Shown one piece after another: positions 1 to 8,722 of a stretch of 64,000 nt of DNA (positions are counted from its first letter, which is position 1; each line of letters opens with the position of its first letter). The notes under the pieces are model-generated. The model was not told the origin of the DNA. It did no database searches and was given only the letters and a program-made list of their open reading frames with translations. The stretch lies in the NCBI GenBank assembly GCA_965205015.1, contig OZ242029.1:2944001-3008000 (forward strand), read 5' to 3'. Made by a program: the position numbers and the translations under genes. The stretch comes from Candidatus Poribacteria bacterium. Its GTDB lineage: Bacteria; Poribacteria; WGA-4E; WGA-3G.

Positions 1-630
1 GAAACTGTTGTTCTCGTCTGTTCCGACCACGGGGGCACGCCTAACCAATTCCGTGCTGTAGACATTGAAGAAGTGCTTGAAGAAACTGGGTTCATCGTTA
101 AAGACGAAAACGGGACGATAGACTGGACGCAGACACGGGCAGTCAATGTCGGATTGGTGCATATCTTCATCAACTTAGCCGGACGTGAACCCGATGGAAT
201 CGTGGCACCCGAGGACTATGAAGCGACACAACGTGAACTCATTGCAGCATTGCATACCTATAAGGACGAAAAGACCGGACGATATCCCTTTACGTTAGCA
301 GTAACACGGGCGGATGCTGAAATGTTCAACCTACATGGCGATTTAGTCGGCGATGTTGTCTATGCGCTGCGCCCTGAGTTTGACGGTGCACATGGCAAAC
401 AGTTACCTTCCGTGAGTTTCGGTATCGGCGGGCAGCACTCTACATTTATTCTTTCGGGGGCCGGGGTCCGACAAGGCGTCGCCTTGCAGCGGCAGGTTCG
501 TGTCGTTGATGTTGCACCGACGCTCTGCTATCTACTGGGGCTTCCGATGCCTAACAATGTTGAGGGTGGGGTGGTTTACGAGGCGTTAGAGGATCCCAAT
601 TGGCATTTAACTCAACTTGGGGCTATGTAG
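1..630 (+). CDS. Alkaline phosphatase superfamily / nucleotide pyrophosphatase-phosphodiesterase, 5'-truncated by window edge
   Basis: Frame open from base 1 (ETVVLVCSDHGG...); SDHG motif and C-terminal 'VVDVAPTLCYLLGL' typical of the AlkP superfamily. Confidence 0.75.
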   Translation, partial: ETVVLVCSDHGGTPNQFRAVDIEEVLEETGFIVKDENGTIDWTQTRAVNVGLVHIFINLAGREPDGIVAPEDYEATQRELIAALHTYKDEKTGRYPFTLAVTRADAEMFNLHGDLVGDVVYALRPEFDGAHGKQLPSVSFGIGGQHSTFILSGAGVRQGVALQRQVRVVDVAPTLCYLLGLPMPNNVEGGVVYEALEDPNWHLTQLGAM

Positions 631-660
631 CCGTCAGAGGAAGGGTTTTTGAAAGTCCGT

Positions 661-733
661 AAAGTTGTGATAGACCTCAGTACTTCTTACAACTTTAGCT
701 CACTTCGCAACTTTAGTTACACTTCGTAATTTT
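661..733. repeat. Hairpin plus short tandem repeats between convergent genes (possible bidirectional terminator)
   Basis: AAAGTTGTGA (661-670) pairs with TTACAACTTT (687-696); CAACTTTAG..CACTTCG occurs at 690-707 and 708-726. Confidence 0.4.
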
Positions 734-756
734 CTTTCAGCACGCGTGTAAACTTT

Positions 757-2649
757 TTAACCGATATTACACTTCTTTTGCAATTCTTCTAAGGTATATG
801 TGTTGATGACTTCGTCTTTTGTCAACCATCCACGACGGGCGACATTCAACCCGGATTGACGGCGTGCGAGTCGCTCAATACCGTGTGCATCGGTGTTGAC
901 TGCCAAGAGCACGCCGGCTTCTTTTGCCATACGCACAAATTCGGGTGCGAGATCCAATCGGTTCGGTGAGCCGTTAACCTCCAAAACCGTTTTGTTCGCT
1001 GCGGCGGCTGCAATAACCTCCTCAAGATTGACAGAGTACATCGGTCTGCGTCCGAGCAGTCTGCCGGTCGGATGACCGATGATGTTGACGAATGGATTTT
1101 CGATGGCGCGAACAATGCGCTGCGTCATTTCGGCTTCAGTGAGCGTGAAATGACTGTGAACGCTTGCGACGACAATATCAAGTTGTTCTAAAACTTCATC
1201 AGGGTAATCCAACCCGCCGTACCGTCGTATATCTACCTCAGAACCTGCGAGGACTGTGATATCCTCGACCGCTGCATCCAATTCACGAATGCGTGCTATC
1301 TGTTCCAGCAGCCGTTCCCGGTCCAAGCCGTTTGCGACGACAGAGGAGACAGAATGATCGGTAATAGCGAAGTACTCAAGCCCCTCTGCTATCGCTGCTC
1401 CCACCATCTCTTGGAGTGTATGTTGTCCGTCACTCCAATCCGTATGTGCGTGTAAGTCGCCTCGTAAATCGGTAAACTCAACGAGTTTTGGCAAAGTGCC
1501 TGCCTTCGCGGCGGCAACCGAGGTGCCATCCTGTCGAAGTTCTGGGGGGATGTAGGAGAGCCCCAGTTTTTCGTATATTCTCTCTTCCGCCATATCGCGC
1601 GCTTCATGCCAAAAACCGGTCGGTTCCAGAAAACTGTTGTCAGGAAGGGCGTCAATGTGTGCGTCCGTTGCCGTTGTCAAGAAAAGGGTCGCTTCATAGG
1701 TAGCCGCAGTACACAGATAGACAGATACCGGAAAATCTCTGTCAATGTAGAATTGAATCGTGGGGAGCGTGTCTCGAACGTCGCCTGTTCGTTCGCGCTG
1801 ATTTTTTTCATTGTCCTGCCAACCTTGATGGGCTTGCACCAAAGACCGACTGTCGTTGTTATATACGTACTGAAGGCTGTCCGTTTTGAAAACGATCTGA
1901 GTCTGCGGCGTTTTAATGGCGTTTAGGGGCTCAAGAAATGCTTGTAACGGTGCTGGCACGCTGCCACTTTCAAACTGAGACGTGCCTTCGTCTTCACATT
2001 CAACGATCAACTCGATACTTTGACAAACCTCTTCATGCCGCCGCAAATCACCTGTCCATTCGTAACGTTTTATCCCGTTTCCGTCATCTATCAAGTGCGT
2101 CAGATGCTCAGAAAGGTCTTGGATGGTAGGTAAAATTTGCCATAACGGACGTTTGTTCCTATGTTCGATCTGAAACGCCAGACTCTCAGTTATTATCTGG
2201 AGCGTTTTCCGTCCGATGCCTTTCGTGTTTCTCAACTGTCCGCTTTCAATCGATACTTGTAGATCTTCAAGATTTCTGATCCCGAGTTCTCGGTAAAATC
2301 TGCCAGCGGTTTTTACACCAACCCCTCGGAGATTCAGTAATTCAAGGACCTCTGTTCCCGTTTCTGCGGTGAGTTCGTCATAGAATTTGCAGCGTCCGGT
2401 TTCCAACATTTCAATGGTCTTGTCTTCAATGGCTTTCCCAATGCCGGGTGTCGCTCGGAGTTTTTCGACGGCTTCCGTGTTATATCCGGGTGTATTTTGT
2501 TGGGAATCTTTGGAAGTCAATTCATCGGGGAAGTCTTCGATTATATTCGCTGCCCGTTCATAAATCCGAGCGCGAAAACTATCCTCGCCGCGAATTTGTA
2601 GGAGGGATCCGATCGCTTGGAATACGGCACTGATCTCACGATTGGTCAT
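757..2649 (-). CDS. polX: DNA polymerase X family / PHP-domain protein (polymerase active site degenerate)
   Basis: Start MTNREIS at 2649; HhH motifs PGIGK and GIGRKT; GDLRR motif; intact PHP motifs DLHAHT, TDHS, GHPTGR, NTDAH. Confidence 0.9.
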   Translation of the reverse strand: MTNREISAVFQAIGSLLQIRGEDSFRARIYERAANIIEDFPDELTSKDSQQNTPGYNTEAVEKLRATPGIGKAIEDKTIEMLETGRCKFYDELTAETGTEVLELLNLRGVGVKTAGRFYRELGIRNLEDLQVSIESGQLRNTKGIGRKTLQIITESLAFQIEHRNKRPLWQILPTIQDLSEHLTHLIDDGNGIKRYEWTGDLRRHEEVCQSIELIVECEDEGTSQFESGSVPAPLQAFLEPLNAIKTPQTQIVFKTDSLQYVYNNDSRSLVQAHQGWQDNEKNQRERTGDVRDTLPTIQFYIDRDFPVSVYLCTAATYEATLFLTTATDAHIDALPDNSFLEPTGFWHEARDMAEERIYEKLGLSYIPPELRQDGTSVAAAKAGTLPKLVEFTDLRGDLHAHTDWSDGQHTLQEMVGAAIAEGLEYFAITDHSVSSVVANGLDRERLLEQIARIRELDAAVEDITVLAGSEVDIRRYGGLDYPDEVLEQLDIVVASVHSHFTLTEAEMTQRIVRAIENPFVNIIGHPTGRLLGRRPMYSVNLEEVIAAAAANKTVLEVNGSPNRLDLAPEFVRMAKEAGVLLAVNTDAHGIERLARRQSGLNVARRGWLTKDEVINTYTLEELQKKCNIG

Positions 2650-2678
2650 TTCAGAGGATCTCCAGGAGGTACAAACAG

Positions 2679-3536
2679 TTACACAAACTTTCGATGCGCG
2701 AAAAAACCGGCAAGGAACCCAATTACCATTTCGCCGACGACAATCAAAATAGACTGATAAATAGTAAGAAAATTGACTGCCCCTACTTGTGATTTGAAGA
2801 TGTAAAACATTCCGTAAAAGCAGCCAAGTCCACACAATGCGCCAAGAGCACCGAGAAAAAGTCCGTGGACAATAAAAGGGGTGAAGAGATAATGGCGGGA
2901 CATGCCGAGAAGTTTCATGAGGGCTATCTCCTCCACGCGGGCAATCGCTGTTTTATTGATAACAGAACCGATAATAAACCAAATAGTGACAACTGCTATT
3001 CCGATGAAGATGAGAGTCGTACGTTCTGAATCGCGTAGACGATCTTTCAACTGACCCTGCCCTGTCAAAAGCACATCCTCAATTTCGCTGTGGGCTTTAA
3101 TGGTCAACACAATCTGCTCTAAAGTTTTACGCGTTATCAAGTCCTCGTCTACATAAATTTTGAGGGATGCCGGAAATGGATTTACACCCTTGGTCTCTGC
3201 GAATGCCTCCTTAATGAGGATACCCAAATCTTGGAGCTGCATTTCACCGCGGGCGAGGCTTTCTGCCTTTGAAGCGTAATGGACAGCGAGTACCTGCCTA
3301 TTTTTTTCTATTTGGCTCACCAAGGTGCGTCCAGCTGATTCATCAATAGTGTCTTTTAGAAACGCGATGAGGGTAGGGGCATGACTTTTAAACTCAGACT
3401 GTCGTAAGATAAACGAATGGTTCAATAGTAAGGTCGCCAGTAAAAGCGTGATGAAACCGATGCCGAAGAAACTCAGCACACTTGCACTGCCAGCACGGGC
3501 TATATGGGATATGGCATTCTTAAGATGATAACGCAT
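2679..3536 (-). CDS. ftsX: Cell division permease FtsX-like
   Basis: One N-terminal TM, extracytoplasmic domain with NPFPAS, 'RVEEIALMKLLG' motif, three C-terminal TMs; downstream of ftsE. Confidence 0.8.
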   Translation of the reverse strand: MRYHLKNAISHIARAGSASVLSFFGIGFITLLLATLLLNHSFILRQSEFKSHAPTLIAFLKDTIDESAGRTLVSQIEKNRQVLAVHYASKAESLARGEMQLQDLGILIKEAFAETKGVNPFPASLKIYVDEDLITRKTLEQIVLTIKAHSEIEDVLLTGQGQLKDRLRDSERTTLIFIGIAVVTIWFIIGSVINKTAIARVEEIALMKLLGMSRHYLFTPFIVHGLFLGALGALCGLGCFYGMFYIFKSQVGAVNFLTIYQSILIVVGEMVIGFLAGFFAHRKFV

Positions 3537-3549
3537 TTTTTTAGGGTAA

Positions 3550-3638
3550 TCAGTCGTCAGTCGTTAGTTTTCAGTTAAGAGATTTCCGATCATTTGAATA
3601 CCTTTTTGCCGACTGCTGACTGCTGATGGCTGACAGCC
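3550..3638. repeat. Heptamer-flanked palindromic intergenic repeat
   Basis: (TCAGTCG)n-like left arm, central spacer, (CTGACTG/CTGATGG)n right arm. Confidence 0.7.
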
Positions 3639-3644
3639 ATTCAT

Positions 3645-4292
3645 TCAATGGATAGCGCCATCCCGTAGTTCAATAATCCGCTTATTACATTTTTCGGCGA
3701 GGGTTCGGTCGCTCGTAGAGACAAGGATAGTCATCCCCTGAAAGTTAAGCGCATCCAGAAATGCCATCACCTCAAGCGAGAGGCGCAAATCTAACCCTTC
3801 TGTTGGAGCATCGGCAAGCAGTAACAAAGGGTTGTTGATAATTGCTCTCGCTATAGCGAGGCGGCGTCGCTCGTTGCCGGATATTACTGAGGGCAGTGCT
3901 TTGTGATGGTGATAGAGTCCCATCTGATTCAGGAGTTTATCGACATTTTCCTTAATCAGTTGCGTTGGAGCCCCTATCAGTCGCTGGGGCAGTGCCAAAT
4001 TCTCTCGAACTGTCTGGTTTTCTAAGAATTTGAAATCTTGAAAGACGAGCCCTATCTTCTGCCGAAAGTAGGGGAGACTGACTTTATCCAACTTTGCAAG
4101 TTGTTGTCCACCGACACTCAGGTCCCCACCTGTTGGATCTAAATCCGCGTATAACAGTCGTAGGAGTGTTGTCTTACCAGAACCGCTGGGACCCACGAGA
4201 AACACAAATTCGCCGCGCTCCACGCGAAGGCTCACCTTCTCAAGCACGCTAAGTTCGCCATAACTGAAACTGACTTGGTGCAACTGTATCAT
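3645..4292 (-). CDS. ftsE: FtsE-like ABC ATP-binding protein (degenerate Walker B and H-loop)
   Basis: Walker A GPSGSGKTT; FtsE-typical 'LPYFRQKIGLVFQDFK'; adjacent to ftsX. Confidence 0.8.
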   Translation of the reverse strand: MIQLHQVSFSYGELSVLEKVSLRVERGEFVFLVGPSGSGKTTLLRLLYADLDPTGGDLSVGGQQLAKLDKVSLPYFRQKIGLVFQDFKFLENQTVRENLALPQRLIGAPTQLIKENVDKLLNQMGLYHHHKALPSVISGNERRRLAIARAIINNPLLLLADAPTEGLDLRLSLEVMAFLDALNFQGMTILVSTSDRTLAEKCNKRIIELRDGAIH

Positions 4293-4295
4293 TTT

Positions 4296-4414
4296 TTAGT
4301 GGTTTTCGGTTCGCCTGCTCCGCAGGCTTCAGGCTTCGGTTTTCGGTTACAAGAGGATTCTGGTTGAACAACCCTTTCTTTTAACTGACAACCGACAACT
4401 GACAACTGACAACT
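4296..4414. repeat. Heptamer-flanked palindromic intergenic repeat
   Basis: GGTTTTC repeats on the left, AAC(T/C)GAC x4 on the right, central AAGAGG..CTTTCTT hairpin. Confidence 0.75.
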
Positions 4415-6698
4415 ATTTTGTATAGGCACAATCTGCTGTGTGACAGACGAGGCGCGTAGTTGCGACCTCAGTACCTTTTGCTTTTTCCGTCTTCTCAACA
4501 AGGAATGGCGCGTTGCATTTCGGACAAGACTTTGGCACAGGTTTATCCCACGTCGAAAATTCACATTTCGGATAGTTGCTGCAGCCGTAAAAGACCTTTC
4601 CACGCCGACTCCGGCGTTCACCAAGGTAGCCATCACAATCAGATTCTGGGCAATCAATTCCCATCGGAATCGGCTTTGCATTTTTGCATTTTGGGTATCC
4701 GCTACACGACAAAAATTTGGCACCGGCGCGGCTGACTCTCACAACCATCGGTTTACTACACTTTTCACACGCAATGTCCGTCGGCTCCGGTTCCGCAGTA
4801 GGTGCGTCATCTCCAGTTGTTAAACGCTTGATATTCTGGCATTCTGGATAATTCGCACAGCCGAGGAATCGCCCGTATCTGCCCCACTTGATGATCATAT
4901 TGACGCCACACTTTTCACACGTTTCGTCGGATTCCTCTTCCATTGCCTTTCGGGCTTCATACATTCTATCGGGGGCTTCCTTGAGCGCGGTTTGGAATGC
5001 GGGATAAAACTGTCCTAACGTCTCTACCCACTTAATTTTGCCATCAGCGATCACATCAAGCTGCTCCTCCATTTTTGCTGTGAATTCAACGTCAACGATG
5101 TTGGGAAATCCATGTTTCAGAAGTTCGTTAACGAGCCTTCCAACATCTGTAGGCATGAGCCTGCCCCGTTCTTTGGTGACATATCCTCTGTCCTGAACGG
5201 TTGACAGAATAGAAGCGTAGGTACTGGGACGTCCGATCTCCTTGGCTTCCAGCATTTTGACGAGCGTGGCTTCATTGTAACGAGGCGGAGGTTGCGTAAA
5301 ATGCTGTTTCGGTTCTAATTTACGTAAATTAAGTGTGTCGCCTTCTTTAACATCTGGTAAGCTGACATCTTCTTCGTTCGATTCGCGTTCATCGGTAGTA
5401 GGATCATCTCTACCTTCCATATAGACGCGCCTGAACCCTTGAAATTTCATCACTGAACCGGTGGCGCGGAAGAGATAAATGCCTGCTTGGATGTCAATTG
5501 TTGTACCATCGAAAATTGCAGGGTTCATCTGACTCGCTATAAATCGCATCCAAATCAGTTCATAAAGTCGAAACTGATCGTTACTCAAATAGGGTTTTAA
5601 GGCTGCAGGGGTTCGCAACGGCAGGGTCGGACGGATCGCTTCGTGTGCATCTTGCGCCCCTCTTTTGCTTCGGTAATTAACAGCCCGATTGGGTAAATAT
5701 TCTTCACCGTATGTTTCTTTGATGTACGCTCGCGTTGCTTGAAGTGCTTCTTGGGCAACCCGTGTCGAATCGGTACGCATGTAGGTAATGAGACCGATGG
5801 ATCCCTCGTTGCCAATTTCGAGTCCCTCGTAGAGTTGTTGGGCAATCAGCATCGTCTTTTTCGCGACGAAACGGAGTTTCCGAGAGGCTTCCTGTTGTAA
5901 GGTACTCGTGATAAACGGGGGGACAGGTCTCTGTTTCCGTTCCCGCTTTTGGACTTTTTCAACGAGATATGTCTGTGTCTTTGCGTCTGCAGCGAGTTCT
6001 TTGGCACGCGCTTCGTCTATACGGAACCCATAATTATTAATTTCACCCTTCTTTTTGCCAATTTTATGTAACTTTGCGGGGAAGAGATGCTGAACTTCGG
6101 TCGGTGTCAATGTTGCTGTGAGCGTCCAGTATTCCTCTGATTTAAACGCCTCAATTTCTACTTCACGCTCGCAAATCAGTCGGACTGCGACGGATTGAAC
6201 TCTCCCAGCACTGAGTCCCGGTTTCACACTACGCCACAAGATAGGGCTAATCTGGTATCCAACGAGCCTATCCAAGACGCGACGCGCCTGTTGCGCATCA
6301 ACAAGCGCCATATCAATATCGCCCGGTTTTTCAATTGCTTCTAAGATTGCGTTTTTGGTGACTTCGTTGTAGATTATCCGGTAGATGGGTTTCTTTGTCT
6401 TTTTCAGTTCCTCAAAAAGATGCCAACAGATGGCTTCACCTTCGCGATCTGGGTCGGCTGCAAGATAGATATTATCAACCTTACGCGCTTCGCTTTGGAG
6501 AGATTTCACGACCTTCCCTTTCCCCCGAATCAAGACATATTTCGGGGTAAAGGCATTCTCAATATCGACACCGAGTTCCTTCGGCGGGAGGTCACGGATA
6601 TGCCCGACAGAGGATTCAACAATGTAATCCCTACCTAAAATCTTTTTGATGGTCTTCGCTTTCGCCGGCGATTCAACAACGACGAGTGACTTTGGCAT
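4413..6698 (-). CDS. topA: DNA topoisomerase I with C-terminal zinc ribbons
   Basis: VESPAKAK, DPDREGE, SAGRVQS, LITYMRTDS (catalytic Tyr), AHEAIRPT; several C4 zinc fingers. Confidence 0.97.
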   Translation of the reverse strand: MPKSLVVVESPAKAKTIKKILGRDYIVESSVGHIRDLPPKELGVDIENAFTPKYVLIRGKGKVVKSLQSEARKVDNIYLAADPDREGEAICWHLFEELKKTKKPIYRIIYNEVTKNAILEAIEKPGDIDMALVDAQQARRVLDRLVGYQISPILWRSVKPGLSAGRVQSVAVRLICEREVEIEAFKSEEYWTLTATLTPTEVQHLFPAKLHKIGKKKGEINNYGFRIDEARAKELAADAKTQTYLVEKVQKRERKQRPVPPFITSTLQQEASRKLRFVAKKTMLIAQQLYEGLEIGNEGSIGLITYMRTDSTRVAQEALQATRAYIKETYGEEYLPNRAVNYRSKRGAQDAHEAIRPTLPLRTPAALKPYLSNDQFRLYELIWMRFIASQMNPAIFDGTTIDIQAGIYLFRATGSVMKFQGFRRVYMEGRDDPTTDERESNEEDVSLPDVKEGDTLNLRKLEPKQHFTQPPPRYNEATLVKMLEAKEIGRPSTYASILSTVQDRGYVTKERGRLMPTDVGRLVNELLKHGFPNIVDVEFTAKMEEQLDVIADGKIKWVETLGQFYPAFQTALKEAPDRMYEARKAMEEESDETCEKCGVNMIIKWGRYGRFLGCANYPECQNIKRLTTGDDAPTAEPEPTDIACEKCSKPMVVRVSRAGAKFLSCSGYPKCKNAKPIPMGIDCPESDCDGYLGERRSRRGKVFYGCSNYPKCEFSTWDKPVPKSCPKCNAPFLVEKTEKAKGTEVATTRLVCHTADCAYTK

Positions 6699-6977
6699 TT
6701 TTTAAACTATTGCTCCTCGACTGCCCTCCACATGTAAAGCAAAGACAAATGATGCCATTTAAGGCATAATTCCATTTCGGGCAGGTTCGAACCGCCAACG
6801 CGTGCTTTGCTGCTTTGTATCGGAGGCGAGTTGGGGGTTCGGGTTACGTGGCGACTGGACTGAGGTCCATTATATTTACGTCACGATTATACACTTTTAT
6901 TAACGTCTTATGTTAACAGCGGTTTCATATCCCGTTCATTCGTCCATTGGGGAAAAGAGAGAAGACACGGACATACA

Positions 6978-7751
6978 TTAGGTGGCAAAGGCAATCAAAT
7001 CTATGAGCATCTGACGCATATCTGCCCGGTGAACGATCGAATCGATAAATCCATGTTCCAGCAATGATTCAGCTTTCTGGAAGTTTTCCGGGAGTTCCTC
7101 ACGGAGGCTGGCAACGGCTAACGGACCCGCGAAGCCGATCCGTGCGCCTGGCTCAGCAACAATTACATCACCGAGTGAAGTGTAACTGGCAGTCGCACCG
7201 CCAAAAGTTGGATCGGTGACAACGGAGATATAGAAAACGCCAGATTTAGCATACGCCGCGCACGCGGCAGCGGTTTTCGCCATCTGCATTAAAGCGAGCG
7301 TGCCTTCTTGCATCCGCATCCCACCACTCACGGAGACAATCACTAACGGTAACCGGTTTTCAAGGGCGCGTTCAATACATCGCGTAACCTTTTCTCCGAT
7401 AACGGAGCCGCACGTGCCGCCTATGAATCCGACATCCCCAATTGCAATAGCCGTCGGATACCCCCCGATATCGGCTATGCCAGAAAGCATCTCGGATCTG
7501 AGTCCTGTTTTTGCGACATCCCTCTCCAGTTTTTCTGGATATTCTGGGAATTCCAGCGAATCAATAGAGTAAAGGTTCGCATCGTATTCTTCAAAACTAT
7601 CCGCATCTATAATGAGGTTGAGTCGTTCATGAGCGCTCATATAGTGATGATAATCGCAGTGGGGGCAGACCTTGAGATTTTTAGTGAATGTCTCTACCGC
7701 GATCTGCGCATTGCAATTTCTACATGAGATTGTTTTTGCAGTTTCAGACAT
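6978..7751 (-). CDS. accD: Acetyl-CoA carboxylase carboxyltransferase beta subunit
   Basis: N-terminal C4 zinc finger, SGGMRMQEG, DPTFGG, FQKAESLLEHGFID. Confidence 0.9.
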   Translation of the reverse strand: MSETAKTISCRNCNAQIAVETFTKNLKVCPHCDYHHYMSAHERLNLIIDADSFEEYDANLYSIDSLEFPEYPEKLERDVAKTGLRSEMLSGIADIGGYPTAIAIGDVGFIGGTCGSVIGEKVTRCIERALENRLPLVIVSVSGGMRMQEGTLALMQMAKTAAACAAYAKSGVFYISVVTDPTFGGATASYTSLGDVIVAEPGARIGFAGPLAVASLREELPENFQKAESLLEHGFIDSIVHRADMRQMLIDLIAFAT

Positions 7752-7768
7752 TTTTTTATGAATGGGGA

Positions 7769-7792
7769 GGACGAGGTTCGGAAACCTCGCCC
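7769..7792. repeat. REP-like hairpin (GCGAGG..CCTCGC family)
   Basis: GGACGAGGTTCGGAAACCTCGCCC; related hairpins at about 23999-24019 and 52168-52189. Confidence 0.55.
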
Positions 7793-7820
7793 ACTAAAAA
7801 ATAAGTTACGAATTTCAGTG

Positions 7821-8597
7821 TTAGCGTCCCGCTTTCAGGCGACTCCAGGTCGTAGAGAGTTTCCCAGTTGCTTCAACAGCGAGTGCGTCCACGCCCTGCT
7901 CCATGAACGTATTGATCTCTTCCTCGCTCAGTGCGCGATTCCAGAGACGGACCTCGTCGATAATGCCAGCGAAGACGTAGTTAAGACGGTCACAATCCTG
8001 TCCAATCCGCCACGGATCGTCGTTGACTTTAAGTTTCCCCGGGGTATCCCCTTCCATTACCTCTTTGCCGTCATAGTAGATTTTGGTTTTCTTGGTATCG
8101 TTGGTGAAAGCGATATGCACAAATTCCCCAGTCTCAGGCAAATCGGTTGCGATATCGGCGCGCCCGGATTCGGTTTCAAGACGGATTTTGAAGACCCCGC
8201 CTTCACTGAACACCCCGTATTGGACCCTACCGCCACAGCCACCATGAACGGATTTACCGACGATTTGACGGACACCGTTCCATTCTTCGGAGTTGATCCA
8301 CGCCATAAACGAGAATTCATCCACGTTCAGCTTGGCAGTGCTTTCAACGGTGACAAAAACGTCGCTGCCTGGACCTCCAAATTCCAACGCTTTCCCGAAT
8401 TTGCCATTGACCCACTTCGGGTTATCGATGACACCCTCATGCTTGTTTCCGCTGAGATCTTCCGCTTTTTCACCCTTGCCCTCGTCATAAGCGTGGTAGA
8501 CTACTAAGCCGTCCAGAAACTCTTCTGGACCAACGGACAGAGCGAAGGGGGCCACCCCCAAAAGCAGTGTGATGGATAAACAAATAGTCAGTTTCAT
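7821..8597 (-). CDS. Secreted LamG-like jellyroll domain protein
   Basis: Signal peptide; GKFGKALEF, FAGIIDEVRLWNRALS; C-terminal AVEATGKLSTTWSRLK. Confidence 0.9.
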   Translation of the reverse strand: MKLTICLSITLLLGVAPFALSVGPEEFLDGLVVYHAYDEGKGEKAEDLSGNKHEGVIDNPKWVNGKFGKALEFGGPGSDVFVTVESTAKLNVDEFSFMAWINSEEWNGVRQIVGKSVHGGCGGRVQYGVFSEGGVFKIRLETESGRADIATDLPETGEFVHIAFTNDTKKTKIYYDGKEVMEGDTPGKLKVNDDPWRIGQDCDRLNYVFAGIIDEVRLWNRALSEEEINTFMEQGVDALAVEATGKLSTTWSRLKAGR

Positions 8598-8632
8598 AAT
8601 CAGAATTTCCTCCCTATAGGTAAAGATAAGAT

Positions 8633-8661
8633 ATTATAATAGACGGAAAAACATCTGTCAA
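8633..8661 (-). promoter_or_regulatory. Consensus sigma70 promoter of LamG gene
   Basis: TTGACA-17 nt-TATAAT on the minus strand. Confidence 0.85.
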
Positions 8662-8722
8662 GAAAAAATGGAAATGGCGATCAGCACTCAGCAAGCGGCG
8701 GGATTTGGATGATTGTTGGATA

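Noticed and set aside
2650-2835. 62-aa N-terminal extension of PolX in the ORF track
   Set aside because: Overlaps ftsX; family homology begins at MTNREIS (2649)
4380-4414. CRISPR array from tandem repeats here, at 690-730 and at 28310-28345
   Set aside because: Units are 7-19 nt and contiguous, with no unique spacers and no cas genes
4289-4723. 144-aa ORF
   Set aside because: Alternate frame of the topA 3' end plus repeat-derived sequence
6770-6850. tRNA or tmRNA gene suggested by GGTTCGAAC
   Set aside because: No matching acceptor stem, D-arm, anticodon arm or CCA on either strand
7758-8507. 249-aa plus-strand ORF
   Set aside because: Antisense shadow of the LamG gene; a similar shadow occurs on the paralogue
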